Positions 54,373 through 63,693 of a stretch of DNA of 64,000 nt are shown here, one piece after another; within the stretch, counting starts at the first letter, position 1; each line of letters opens with the position of its first letter. Position numbers and translations under genes: made by a program. Source of the stretch: a virus; the IMG/VR virus record IMGVR_UViG_3300037153_000606. One strand, given 5' to 3'. The notes beneath the pieces are model-generated. The model did no database searches and was not told where the DNA came from. It saw only the letters and a program-made list of their open reading frames with translations.

Positions 54373-56450
54373 CCGGCAGCTACCGCAAGATCCCCATCGA
54401 TGACTTCCTGATCGACAACCCGGAAGCCGCCGCCGTGCTGCGGCCAGGAGTGGTGCAGCCGCCACCCTCCTGGGCCGAGGACGAGGAGCCGGAACCGGAG
54501 CCGCGTACCAGCATCTACCGGAGCTGGAACTTCCGGCCCACCGAGGTGTCCACCAGCCGCGAGCTGATGCCAATGGCCGGGCCGGTCTACATCTGGGACG
54601 TCAACGGCTACTACCGGGCGATCGGGGTACCGTGGCCGTTCCGGGCCAGCAAGGCGCGGCTGCGCGAGGCCTACCGGGATTCCGGTGGACCGGACGACGA
54701 GTTCGCCACCTACGCGTTCAAGCGCCTGCTGGACCCGGGCTTCCGCAAGCGTTACGACGCGCGCCCGTTCGGCCAGCCGATGGACGACAAGTACCGGTGG
54801 GCGGCACTCAAGCGCCAGGCGGCACAGTGGGCCGCCGCCGAGACGGTTAAGCAGCACCGACCGGTGTCCTCCGGCGAGTTCGTGCCGCCCGACATCAGGG
54901 CCAAGATGGATGCCGACCTGCGCCGGGAGCGGGAGGGCGACGTCGCGCCGCCCGCCGAGTCGGTGGAGACCGGCTGGGGGTTCGGCTACTTCATCTGGGA
55001 CGCGTTCCACCGCGACGAGGCGGTTCTGTCGCAGTGGCAGCGCATGCTGTTGGAGGCGTGCTGGGAACGCGGCGTACGCGGCCGGTTCGCGGTCGGCGTG
55101 ATGGGCGGCCAGCCGTGCCGGGCGGCCCGGACCCGGTATGACGGGCAGGATGTCGCCTTCCTGGATGAAGATCAGGAACCTACGGCAGAGCTAGCAGGGA
55201 TGGTGGTCGAGAGCTACTTGACAGCCCCGCTCAACTCGCGGTTTGATGTGCCCCTCACATTCGATCTGGATAACTCAGATCTATCAACTCGGGATGTTGC
55301 ACACGTCCTTATCGACCCGAGCGCCGAAGAGCGCTCCCCGACTCCAGAGGAGTTGTCCATGTCCGACGACGAAGAGATGCTCGACTTCGCCTCCGGTGGG
55401 TTACAGGCCGCCGAGTTCGCGAAGGCCGCCGCCGCCGCCCGCAAGGCGATGTTCGGCAGCGCGCCCTATGTCACCCAGTTCCTGCAGGACGACGGCGATC
55501 AGGTGATCCTGCGGTTCCTCACCGATGAGCCGCTGTGGATCGAGACGCTGCAGCACGGCATGGTCAAGACCAAGCCCGCGCCCAAGGACAAGCCCGCCGA
55601 CAAGGGCTGGCCGGAGACGCTCTCGGCGGTGTGCCGCTACACCCCGGTCGGCGCGGATCGGCACCGAGCGTTCAACGACTGCTACATCTGCGACTACGTC
55701 AAGGACGACAAGGGCAAGCGGGCCTTCGCGGGCACCCGGCTCTGGGCGCTCGCCGCGCTGCGCGAGCCGGTGATCGGCACCCAAGAGATGGTCGAGGCCA
55801 AGCAGATCCAGCCGCACATGGTCGGCCAGCAGGTCTCCTACCGGGACAAGACCGAAGAGGTCGACGAGCTGGACGACGACAACAAGCCGACCGGCAAGAA
55901 GGTCCAGCGCAAGCAGATCGTGATCGTCAACATGGCGCAGTCGAACTTCTTCTCGCCGCTGCTGACCAACCGGGTCTTCTTCGGCACCGTGGTGGACCGC
56001 GACTACCTGGTGGTGCGCAAGGGCGCGAAGAAGACCCAGAAGGTGCAGTACGAATTCGTCGCGCTCAACCCGGTGCACGTCAAGCACCCGGAGTCCGGCG
56101 AGACGGTGGTCTTCGACCTGCGCGACCCGAAGCTCGCCGCCGCCTACGAGGGGCACGGCATGGATCTGGCCAAGCTGCGCAAGCACGTCAACCGGCTGTG
56201 CAGCAAGAAGTTCTACGACCGGTTCTTCGACCCGCGCGTCGAAGTGCCCTACATCGAGGACGACGACTCGGCCGCCACGCCTGCGGCGTCCGCAGAGGCC
56301 CAGTCCGCGCAGCAGTCCGGGCAGTCGTTGACCTCTGAACCGACCAGCGGCGTCACCGCCGAGCAGTTGGCTGCGATGCGGGCCAACCTGCTCGCCGACA
56401 ATCCGCCGCCCGCCAGTCAGGATGCGCCGACCGTCGTCTCGCCGCTGTAG
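54369..56450 (+). CDS. degenerate J-domain protein in frame with a downstream SSB-like protein
   Basis: YYRAIGV..ASKARLREAYR..GPD..AF..L.DP..RKRYD; no stop before the second domain. Confidence 0.7.
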   Translation: MTGSYRKIPIDDFLIDNPEAAAVLRPGVVQPPPSWAEDEEPEPEPRTSIYRSWNFRPTEVSTSRELMPMAGPVYIWDVNGYYRAIGVPWPFRASKARLREAYRDSGGPDDEFATYAFKRLLDPGFRKRYDARPFGQPMDDKYRWAALKRQAAQWAAAETVKQHRPVSSGEFVPPDIRAKMDADLRREREGDVAPPAESVETGWGFGYFIWDAFHRDEAVLSQWQRMLLEACWERGVRGRFAVGVMGGQPCRAARTRYDGQDVAFLDEDQEPTAELAGMVVESYLTAPLNSRFDVPLTFDLDNSDLSTRDVAHVLIDPSAEERSPTPEELSMSDDEEMLDFASGGLQAAEFAKAAAAARKAMFGSAPYVTQFLQDDGDQVILRFLTDEPLWIETLQHGMVKTKPAPKDKPADKGWPETLSAVCRYTPVGADRHRAFNDCYICDYVKDDKGKRAFAGTRLWALAALREPVIGTQEMVEAKQIQPHMVGQQVSYRDKTEEVDELDDDNKPTGKKVQRKQIVIVNMAQSNFFSPLLTNRVFFGTVVDRDYLVVRKGAKKTQKVQYEFVALNPVHVKHPESGETVVFDLRDPKLAAAYEGHGMDLAKLRKHVNRLCSKKFYDRFFDPRVEVPYIEDDDSAATPAASAEAQSAQQSGQSLTSEPTSGVTAEQLAAMRANLLADNPPPASQDAPTVVSPL
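55359..56450 (+). CDS. gp32-like single-stranded DNA-binding protein (internal start)
   Basis: GAGGAG RBS + ATG; L.DDGD.V.LRFL, C..C.IC, VDRDY.V.R.G..Y, acidic low-complexity tail. Confidence 0.65.
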   Translation: MSDDEEMLDFASGGLQAAEFAKAAAAARKAMFGSAPYVTQFLQDDGDQVILRFLTDEPLWIETLQHGMVKTKPAPKDKPADKGWPETLSAVCRYTPVGADRHRAFNDCYICDYVKDDKGKRAFAGTRLWALAALREPVIGTQEMVEAKQIQPHMVGQQVSYRDKTEEVDELDDDNKPTGKKVQRKQIVIVNMAQSNFFSPLLTNRVFFGTVVDRDYLVVRKGAKKTQKVQYEFVALNPVHVKHPESGETVVFDLRDPKLAAAYEGHGMDLAKLRKHVNRLCSKKFYDRFFDPRVEVPYIEDDDSAATPAASAEAQSAQQSGQSLTSEPTSGVTAEQLAAMRANLLADNPPPASQDAPTVVSPL

Positions 56451-56463
56451 CACACTGCCAGTA

Positions 56464-56510
56464 GTCGGGGCTCGTTCGACACTTCCCCCCGGGTGACGGC
56501 GGGCCCCGAC
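56464..56510 (+). terminator. hairpin between the SSB-like gene and dnaE
   Basis: GTCGGGGCTCG / CGGGCCCCGAC. Confidence 0.5.
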
Positions 56511-56552
56511 CTCACGTCCTTTCCTACCGCACCCATCCGCAGAGGCGGCACG

Positions 56553-59500
56553 GTGGCCTACCGACTGATCCAGCACTTCGGCCTCGCCCGGTCGGTGCAC
56601 GGGGACGCCCCGTGCCCGGCCGTATTCGAGGACGAGGAGGGGGCGCGGGTCCTGCTGGTGGAGGATCTGGTGCCGGTGACGGTGTGGTCCGAGGCTGTCA
56701 AGCTGGGGGCCCGGGGACTGTTCCGGATCACCGACGCAGGGGCGGTGTTCGCCCCGGCGGACCGGTTCGCCGAGTACCGCACCGTCGCCCAGTACGGGGC
56801 CAACTACACCCTCGCCGACCGGCATTGGGGATCGCCCGGCCCGGTGGGTGAGCCGGTGCGGGTGATGGCCGAGCGGTGGGCGAACCGCTCCGTCGGTTCC
56901 AACCCGTTCGTGCATCTGCACACCCACTCCGAGTTCAGCCCGCTTGACGGTTTGTCCACGATGGCCGAGATTGGGGCGGCGGTGGTCGCCGACGGCCAGA
57001 GTGCCGTCGCGATCACCGACCACGGCACCTGCGCGGGGCACCCGGCGCTGCAGGAGATGTCCACCGAGTTCGGCATCAAGCCGATCTTCGGGATCGAGGC
57101 CTACTTCACCGACGACCGGCACGCCCGCGAGGACCCGCACGACTACCGGCACCTGGTGCTCTACGCCAAGGACGAGCAGGGCCTGAAGAACTTGTGGGGG
57201 CTGTCCACGGAGAGCTACCGGGACGGCTTCTACGGCAAGCCCCGCATCGACTGGGACTCGCTCACCCGCTGGCGCGAGGGGCTGATCTGCTCCACAGCGT
57301 GCCTGCGCGGCCCGCTGGGGCATCCGTTCGGGAATGGCGACGAAACCCGCGCTGTGGCCAATCTGGGCCGCCTGGGGGACATCTTCGGCGAGGACCTCTA
57401 CATCGAGCTGCACACCAACCACCTGCCTGCCCAGGTGGCGGCCAACAACTGGCTGGTCGAGGTGGCCCGCAAGTACTCGGTCCCGGTAATCGCCGCCGTC
57501 GACTCGCACTACCCACTGGCCGAACAGCGGGTCGACCACAAGGTCTGGCTGGGCGTCACCACCTCCTCCGACGTGGTCACCGACGATTCCGACCTGTTCG
57601 CCGGGGAGCAGGACTACCACCTGATGAGCGCCGATGAGGTGCGCACCGCGCTCGGCTATCTGGGAGAGGTTGCCGAGCGGGCCGTCCTGGGCACCGGCGA
57701 GCTGGCCGCCCGGTGCACCGCCGAGATCACCCCGCAGGTGGCCAAGCCGGTGTTCTCCAAGCACACCCCCGACCATCCCGATCCGGTGCAGCATGACGCG
57801 GAACGTTTCGTCGATGCCGCGCTGCACAACTTCGACAACCGCATCACCGCGCGCGGACTGGATCCGCACCCCTACCTGGACCGGATCCGCTACGAAGGGC
57901 CGCTGCTGATCGACAAGGGGTACTGCGGCTACTACCTGATCACCGCCGACTTCGTGAACTGGGCCAAGGACCACGGCATCCTGGTCGGCCCGGGACGCGG
58001 GTCCGGCGCGGCGTCCTTGTTCGCCTACCTCATGAAGATCACCGAGATCGACCCGATCGAGGGCGACCTCAACCTGGACCGGTTCATGACCAAGGGCCGC
58101 AAGTCGCTGCCCGACTTCGACATCGACTTCCCGTCCAGCCGTGCCGACGAGGTGATCGAGTACGTGCAGCAGCGCTGGGGCCGAGAGCATGTGGCCCGGG
58201 TCGGCTCGCACATCCGGCTGCAGAACAAGGGCGCGTTCAAGGGGGTGCAGATCGCGCTGGCCTCCCGGCTGCCGTCCGAGTCCTACGGCTGGGTGGAGAC
58301 GATCAACAAACTGGTCGACGCCGCCGAGGCCTCCACTGCCGGGCTGGGGCTGAACTGGGACGAGCTGATGGACCAGATCGGGGAAGCGCTGATCCCGTTC
58401 CGGGACCGGATGCCGGAGCTGTTCCGCTACGCCGAGATGTTCCACGGACGGCTGCGCACCTACGGCAAGCACGCCGCCGGGTTCATCATCGACCCGGACG
58501 CCGACCTGGAGGCCGAGCTGCCGATGCGCAACTCCGGTGACGGCGGCCCGATGGTGACCCAGTTCGACATGGACGCGCTGGAGTATCTCGGCAAGGTCAA
58601 GTTCGACTTCCTGCAGCTGCGCACCCTGGACACGGTGCAGGGCACCATCGACCTGATCCGGGCCGAGACCGGCCGGTCCGTCAACCCCTACGACTGGCAC
58701 GAGGAGTTCGACGACCCGCAGGTCTACGAGGAGCTGGGCGAGGGCTGGACCATGGGGGTGTTCCAGATCGAGACCGCACTGGGCACCCGCACCACCAAGG
58801 CGATCAAGCCGCAGACCCGCTCACAGCTCGCCGACGTGATCACCATCGGCCGACCGGGACCGTTGCGCTCCGGGCTGGACCGGGTCTACCTGCGCCGCCG
58901 CAACGGCGAGGAGCCGGTGGAGCTGCCCGACCCCCGGCTCAAGCCGATCCTGGCCAAGACGCAGGGCTGCATGCTCTACCAGGAAGACATCATGGCCATC
59001 TGCACCGCACTGGCCGGGTACGACGCGGACGAGGCAGACCACGTCCGCAAGATCCTCGGCAAGAAGAAGGTCGAGCTGGTTGACGCCGAAGGGCGGAAGT
59101 TCGTCGAGCGATCTGTCAAGAACGGCACCGACGAGAACGTGGCCGTCACCATCTGGGCCCAGATGGCCGAGTTCGCGCGCTACTCGTTCAACCGCGCGCA
59201 CGCCTACTCCTACGCCACCATCTCGCTGTGGGAGGCGTGGTTGAAGACGCACTACGTGCGCCAGTTCCTGTCCGTGGCGATGACCACGGTCAAGAAGGAG
59301 CGGATCCCGCAGTTCGTCACCGAGGTACGCCGTCTCGGGTATTCGGTGCTGCCGCCGGACATCAACGACTCCAAGGCCTACTTCGCCGCCACCGAGCTGG
59401 TGATCCGCTACGGGTTCGCCTCGGTCAACGGGATCGGTGAGGCGGCCACCACCGCCATCCTGGCCGGGCAGCCGTACACCTCCTACGAAGACTTCCTGGC

Positions 59501-60251
59501 CCGCAAGGGCAGCGCGAACATGGGGGTGGTGAAGAAGTTGGTCGCGATCGGCGCGTTCGACTCGCTGCACCCGAACCGCCGCGCCCTGGAAGCCCGCCTC
59601 ATCGACGACACCACCGGGGTCACCGAACGGTGCGTCAACCTCTCCGACGGCACCCTCAACGAGCACAATCTGCCGTGCGTCTTCGACTGGTCCAGCGAGC
59701 CGCTCAAGATCGGACGCACCGGCAAGGTGCTGAAGAACCAGCTCAAGCCGCCGAAGAAGTGCACCAAGGCGTGCCGCCACTACACCCCGCGCGGGCCGGT
59801 GGACTACGCGCACCTGCCCAACTACACCCCCGAGCAGATCCGCGACCGGGAGATCGAGATGCTCGGGGTGTACCTGTCCTCGTCCCCGTTCGACGCGGTG
59901 CCGCAGCACGTGATGGCCGAGATGTACACCGGCGAGGACCTCACCCTCGCAGCCAACGGGGTCTACCCGGCGGTGGCGATGATCACCGGGTTCCGGCCGG
60001 ATCCGAAGGGGCGCGACTTCGGCTTCGCCAGTTTCACCACCCCGGCCGGTGACCTGTCCACAATCGTCTTCGCTCGGCAGTGGGCCGACATCCGGTCCAA
60101 GCTGCGCAAGGGCGCGATGTGCTTCATCGTCGTCGTCAAGACCGGCGACGACCGGTACCGGCTGGAGTCCCTGGACCTGGTCCGGCGGTTCACCGAGGAG
60201 GAGCTACATGACCGGCAAGCCGAGAAAGTCCTCGACGGCGGCGCTGGATAG
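56553..60251 (+). CDS. dnaE: DNA polymerase III alpha subunit
   Basis: FVHLHTHSEFS.LDG, AITDHG, GPGRGS, PDFDIDF, HAAG, KFDFL, VFQ, YQE, YSFNRAHA; start 56553 or 56493. Confidence 0.97.
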   Translation: MAYRLIQHFGLARSVHGDAPCPAVFEDEEGARVLLVEDLVPVTVWSEAVKLGARGLFRITDAGAVFAPADRFAEYRTVAQYGANYTLADRHWGSPGPVGEPVRVMAERWANRSVGSNPFVHLHTHSEFSPLDGLSTMAEIGAAVVADGQSAVAITDHGTCAGHPALQEMSTEFGIKPIFGIEAYFTDDRHAREDPHDYRHLVLYAKDEQGLKNLWGLSTESYRDGFYGKPRIDWDSLTRWREGLICSTACLRGPLGHPFGNGDETRAVANLGRLGDIFGEDLYIELHTNHLPAQVAANNWLVEVARKYSVPVIAAVDSHYPLAEQRVDHKVWLGVTTSSDVVTDDSDLFAGEQDYHLMSADEVRTALGYLGEVAERAVLGTGELAARCTAEITPQVAKPVFSKHTPDHPDPVQHDAERFVDAALHNFDNRITARGLDPHPYLDRIRYEGPLLIDKGYCGYYLITADFVNWAKDHGILVGPGRGSGAASLFAYLMKITEIDPIEGDLNLDRFMTKGRKSLPDFDIDFPSSRADEVIEYVQQRWGREHVARVGSHIRLQNKGAFKGVQIALASRLPSESYGWVETINKLVDAAEASTAGLGLNWDELMDQIGEALIPFRDRMPELFRYAEMFHGRLRTYGKHAAGFIIDPDADLEAELPMRNSGDGGPMVTQFDMDALEYLGKVKFDFLQLRTLDTVQGTIDLIRAETGRSVNPYDWHEEFDDPQVYEELGEGWTMGVFQIETALGTRTTKAIKPQTRSQLADVITIGRPGPLRSGLDRVYLRRRNGEEPVELPDPRLKPILAKTQGCMLYQEDIMAICTALAGYDADEADHVRKILGKKKVELVDAEGRKFVERSVKNGTDENVAVTIWAQMAEFARYSFNRAHAYSYATISLWEAWLKTHYVRQFLSVAMTTVKKERIPQFVTEVRRLGYSVLPPDINDSKAYFAATELVIRYGFASVNGIGEAATTAILAGQPYTSYEDFLARKGSANMGVVKKLVAIGAFDSLHPNRRALEARLIDDTTGVTERCVNLSDGTLNEHNLPCVFDWSSEPLKIGRTGKVLKNQLKPPKKCTKACRHYTPRGPVDYAHLPNYTPEQIRDREIEMLGVYLSSSPFDAVPQHVMAEMYTGEDLTLAANGVYPAVAMITGFRPDPKGRDFGFASFTTPAGDLSTIVFARQWADIRSKLRKGAMCFIVVVKTGDDRYRLESLDLVRRFTEEELHDRQAEKVLDGGAG

Positions 60252-61368
60252 GTTCGTCGACGATTTCACGAAACGTTTCGGGGAGAACACGGTGCGCCGC
60301 CGCCGCGCCTACAAAGTGGTCTCCACCGGTTCGTTCACCCTGGACTATGCGATGGGCTGCGGCGGGTACGTGGTCGGCCGGATCACCGAGATCTGGGGCA
60401 CCGAGTCAGTCGCCAAGACCACTCTGGCGATGATCGCCGCCGCCAACTTCCAGGCCCAGTTCCCGACCAAAGCGGTGGCCTGGATCGACATGGAACGCAC
60501 CTTCGACTTCGACTGGTCCAAGACCCAGGGGGTGAAACTGGCCCAGATCACCGTGCTGCGCCCGGAGAACAGCGAAGACGTCGCCGACATGGCCAAGATG
60601 GCCATCCAGTCCGGGCTGTTCTCGCTGGTGATACTCGACTCGGTAGGTGGCATGGTCACCGAGGAGGAATTCGAGAAGGCCGCCGACAAGGCCACCGTCG
60701 GCACTGCCGCGAAGATCATCACCCGGATGGTCAAGATCGCCGCCGTACTGTGCGACGACACCGATACCACGATGATCATCGTCAACCAGACCCGGGCCAA
60801 CATCTCGATCACCGGAGGCACCACCACTGGCGGCGGGTTCGCGCTCAAGCACGTGTCCACGCACAAGATCAAGCTGCGGCGCACCGGCACCGCGCCGTAC
60901 ACGGTCGGCAGCAAGGAGAACCAGGAGACGGTCGGCTTCGAGCTGGCCGCGCTGGTGGAGAAGAACAAGGTTGCGCCGCCCCGGCGCACCGCCACCTTCG
61001 GGCTGTTCGTCGCACCCAGTGAGAAGTACGGGCCGGTCGGCATCGACCGGGTCAGCGAGGCGGTGTCGCTCGGGTTGCGGCTGGGTGTCATCGAGAACAC
61101 CGGCGGTTACTACCGGCTGCCCGGCAGCGAGTCCAAGCTGCACGGCCGGGAGGCGCTCATCGACGCGCTGCGGGCCGACCCGGCCGCACTGGCCGAGGTG
61201 CGCCGACAGGCACTCGAACACGTCGCCGACCAGGTTGCCGCCGAGGTGCCCGAGACCGACCCGCATACCGGTGACGAGGGTGAAGTGCTCGACTTCGCCA
61301 CCGGCGGGTTGGCCGAGGGGTTCGAGCCCGACCCGGAGATCCTGGCCAAGTTGCAGGAGCAGGCCTGA
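60208..61368 (+). CDS. recA: RecA-like recombinase
   Basis: STGS..LD.A.G.GG...GRITEIWG.ES.AKTT, IDME, LDSV, NQ.R, GG.ALK, KNKVAPP. Confidence 0.95.
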   Translation: MTGKPRKSSTAALDRFVDDFTKRFGENTVRRRRAYKVVSTGSFTLDYAMGCGGYVVGRITEIWGTESVAKTTLAMIAAANFQAQFPTKAVAWIDMERTFDFDWSKTQGVKLAQITVLRPENSEDVADMAKMAIQSGLFSLVILDSVGGMVTEEEFEKAADKATVGTAAKIITRMVKIAAVLCDDTDTTMIIVNQTRANISITGGTTTGGGFALKHVSTHKIKLRRTGTAPYTVGSKENQETVGFELAALVEKNKVAPPRRTATFGLFVAPSEKYGPVGIDRVSEAVSLGLRLGVIENTGGYYRLPGSESKLHGREALIDALRADPAALAEVRRQALEHVADQVAAEVPETDPHTGDEGEVLDFATGGLAEGFEPDPEILAKLQEQA

Positions 61369-61655
61369 TGCCAGGTTGGGCCGTCACCCTGGTCGTCGAG
61401 ATGACGGTGGCGATCGGGCTGCTCGCGTTCGGGCTGTACTGGTTGGTCCGGCAGTTGCGCAGACAACCTAAGCGGGACACCCCGTCACTACGGCAGCGGT
61501 GTGCCGCCTGTGGCGAGGAGGTGGACGGGCCGACCCCGGTACAGGTGGACGACGTGGTGGAGCTGGTCGGGCATCCGCCGGTCAAGGTGCGCTTCTACAT
61601 CTGCGCCAAGTGTGTCGGCTACCACCAGACCCAGCAGGCGGCGAGTCCGGCGTGA
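61368..61655 (+). CDS. membrane-anchored zinc-finger protein
   Basis: N-terminal TM helix; CAAC...CAKC. Confidence 0.7.
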   Translation: MPGWAVTLVVEMTVAIGLLAFGLYWLVRQLRRQPKRDTPSLRQRCAACGEEVDGPTPVQVDDVVELVGHPPVKVRFYICAKCVGYHQTQQAASPA

Positions 61656-62011
61656 GTGGCGAGGCGGCCGACCGGCATGAGCGGTTCCTGGCCGAGCTGA
61701 TCGACGGCCGGACCATGCCGGGGTCCGGCAACCAGTTCGCCGGTCAGCTCGATGCGCGCGGTGATGCCCGCCGCCAGCCGTTCGCCTTTGCCCTGGACGG
61801 CAAGTGCACGCTCGGGGCCAGCATCACCCTCAAGCTCGCCGACTGGGAGAAGGTCATCGAGCAGGCCCACGACGAACGTCCCGGGTTCGGGCTGCGCTTC
61901 TATCTAGACGGCACGTTGCGGCACACCGTGGACCTGATCGCCATCCCGGCCGCCGATTTCGACGAGCTGCGTACGGCGGCCACCCGTTGGGCCGAGGGGC
62001 AGATGTCATGA
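61652..62011 (+). CDS. PD-(D/E)xK nuclease, Holliday-junction-resolvase-like
   Basis: HE..LA..G...PGSG...D...DGK.T..SI.L..W.K. Confidence 0.75.
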   Translation: MSGEAADRHERFLAELIDGRTMPGSGNQFAGQLDARGDARRQPFAFALDGKCTLGASITLKLADWEKVIEQAHDERPGFGLRFYLDGTLRHTVDLIAIPAADFDELRTAATRWAEGQMS

Positions 62012-62790
62012 CGAGCCTGGACTTCCGCAACCTGCTGACCACGGCGATCCAGGGGCAGGTGCTCATCCCGGCCGTGCACGTGGCGCTCAACAGCCCGGAC
62101 TTCACCGGGTTCGACGTGGATGTCGAGCCGTTCGAGCAGCACCCCTACGACGGCTGGTTCCATCCGTCCGCGCACAGCACCTGGACGCTGCGCCAGCTCT
62201 ACCTGTACCTGACCGCACCGAACCTGCTGACCCCGGAACGGATGCCGGTGACCGGGGTGCTGGCGGTGACCGCCGGGAAGTTCTGGCACCGGTTCTTCCA
62301 GCTGCTCTGGCTGCGGACCGGGCACCTGACCCAGGACGAGGTGCCGATCGAGGACGCCGAGACCAACCGGCGCGGACACGCCGACGGCATCCTCACCTCC
62401 GGCGAGGGGCTGGAGATCAAGACGATCAACGAGTACCAGATCCACAAGATCACCGAAGAGGCGGTGCTCAAGGACAAGAAGTTCGATTACTGGTCGCAGA
62501 CCCAGGACTATCTCGACTGCACCGGCTGGGAGGCGATGCGCTACTTCATCATCTATCCCGGTTACCCGTTCCCGATGTCCGAGTTCGTGGTCAAGGCCGA
62601 CCGCAAGCACCAGGCGCTGCGGCGCGGGATCTACCTGCGTGCGGTCGAGGAGGCCAGCAGACACCCGGACCCGGCCTTCCTGGTCGATCGCAATCAGGCT
62701 GAGATCGAAGGTTGCTGTTCGCCCGGCTCGGCCATGGCCAACCGGTGTGAGGCGCGCCTCGCCTGTCCGATCGGGAGGCACGGACTGTGA
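62008..62790 (+). CDS. Cas4/RecB-like PD-(D/E)xK exonuclease
   Basis: FHPS, G..WH..Q, GHADG, LEIKT, Q.Q.Y, C-terminal CC..C..C. Confidence 0.85.
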   Translation: MTSLDFRNLLTTAIQGQVLIPAVHVALNSPDFTGFDVDVEPFEQHPYDGWFHPSAHSTWTLRQLYLYLTAPNLLTPERMPVTGVLAVTAGKFWHRFFQLLWLRTGHLTQDEVPIEDAETNRRGHADGILTSGEGLEIKTINEYQIHKITEEAVLKDKKFDYWSQTQDYLDCTGWEAMRYFIIYPGYPFPMSEFVVKADRKHQALRRGIYLRAVEEASRHPDPAFLVDRNQAEIEGCCSPGSAMANRCEARLACPIGRHGL

Positions 62791-63053
62791 TCCGGGAAGT
62801 GACCATGTACCGCGTCGAGTGCGATAAATGCGGCGACGGCGATGACGGCGAGTACTACGCCTGGATCGACCATCAGCAAGCCTTGGAACATTGGGCCGAC
62901 GGCGATGACCTCGTCTTCGGTGAGCGGGCCTATCACGTCGGGTGTCTGCCGCCCGAACTGTGCCGGTACGGAGACGAGCCATACTTCCACCACACGCCCG
63001 GCGAAGACGATCCCGGCACGTGTGCCGAGTGCGATCAAGAGATCCCGCAGTGA
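62787..63053 (+). CDS. small Cys-rich protein
   Basis: MIREVTMYRVECDKCG; CAEC. Confidence 0.7.
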   Translation: MIREVTMYRVECDKCGDGDDGEYYAWIDHQQALEHWADGDDLVFGERAYHVGCLPPELCRYGDEPYFHHTPGEDDPGTCAECDQEIPQ

Positions 63054-63283
63054 GCCTCGATCCGCTCACCGAGTTCTGGATGCAGATCATCGGCGATTCC
63101 CGGCGCACCGTGATCTGTAATCCGGACGCCGAATCCCGGATCAAGTCCTGGATCGAGGCGCGCGGACTGGCCGGGATCATCACGGTGCAGCCGACACATT
63201 CCTGCCCGCCGGACAAGATCTACATCGTTGATGACCCTGCGATGGATGCGGCGTTGCGCGGGATGCCATGGCGGTTGCCATGA
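63050..63283 (+). CDS. small hypothetical protein
   Basis: GTGA/ATGA overlaps. Confidence 0.7.
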   Translation: MSLDPLTEFWMQIIGDSRRTVICNPDAESRIKSWIEARGLAGIITVQPTHSCPPDKIYIVDDPAMDAALRGMPWRLP

Positions 63284-63693
63284 CCTGGTCACAACCTTTG
63301 TGCGACGCGTGCTGGCGTAATCGGGAGCATGATCGGCTGCCGGTCAGGTTGATCGAGGTCGAGGTGAGTCCGGAAATCTGCTGTGCCTGCGGGCGATTGA
63401 TCACGTCCGGGATCTATGCCCGCATCGACTCGGCCACGGTGCCCCTTCCCGAGACGCGAAGAAGCGTGAGGTATGAAGAGCTGCAGCCGCCACCGCCGCG
63501 CAACGTGGTGCTGGTGCTGCTCGACGGGACCCGGGTGCCGGTGGACTGCCACTACGTTGGCGAGCAGGAAGGGATGCGGATCTGGGAAGTGGTCACCCAG
63601 GTGGACGCCGACAGGGTGGCCCAGGTGACTATCGATGAGATGCCGCCGCGCACGTCGGTGCGGATGACACTTCCTGGAGGATCCGATGAGTGA
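63280..63693 (+). CDS. zinc-finger-containing hypothetical protein
   Basis: CDACW...CCACG..T.GIY. Confidence 0.7.
   Translation: MTWSQPLCDACWRNREHDRLPVRLIEVEVSPEICCACGRLITSGIYARIDSATVPLPETRRSVRYEELQPPPPRNVVLVLLDGTRVPVDCHYVGEQEGMRIWEVVTQVDADRVAQVTIDEMPPRTSVRMTLPGGSDE

Noticed and set aside
55401-58700. Very long minus-strand ORFs (also 13329-15989, 30162-32012, 6728-8356, 9231-10802)
   Set aside because: Antisense shadows of high-GC3 plus-strand genes; no motifs or RBS, and they fully overlap well-supported genes
51419-61368. Inteins in DnaB, DnaE or RecA
   Set aside because: Core motifs are contiguous at normal spacing and no intein terminal or LAGLIDADG motifs were seen
62008-62790. Cas4-like gene as evidence of CRISPR-Cas
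   Set aside because: Solo Cas4-like exonucleases are common in phage recombination modules; no array or cas1/2
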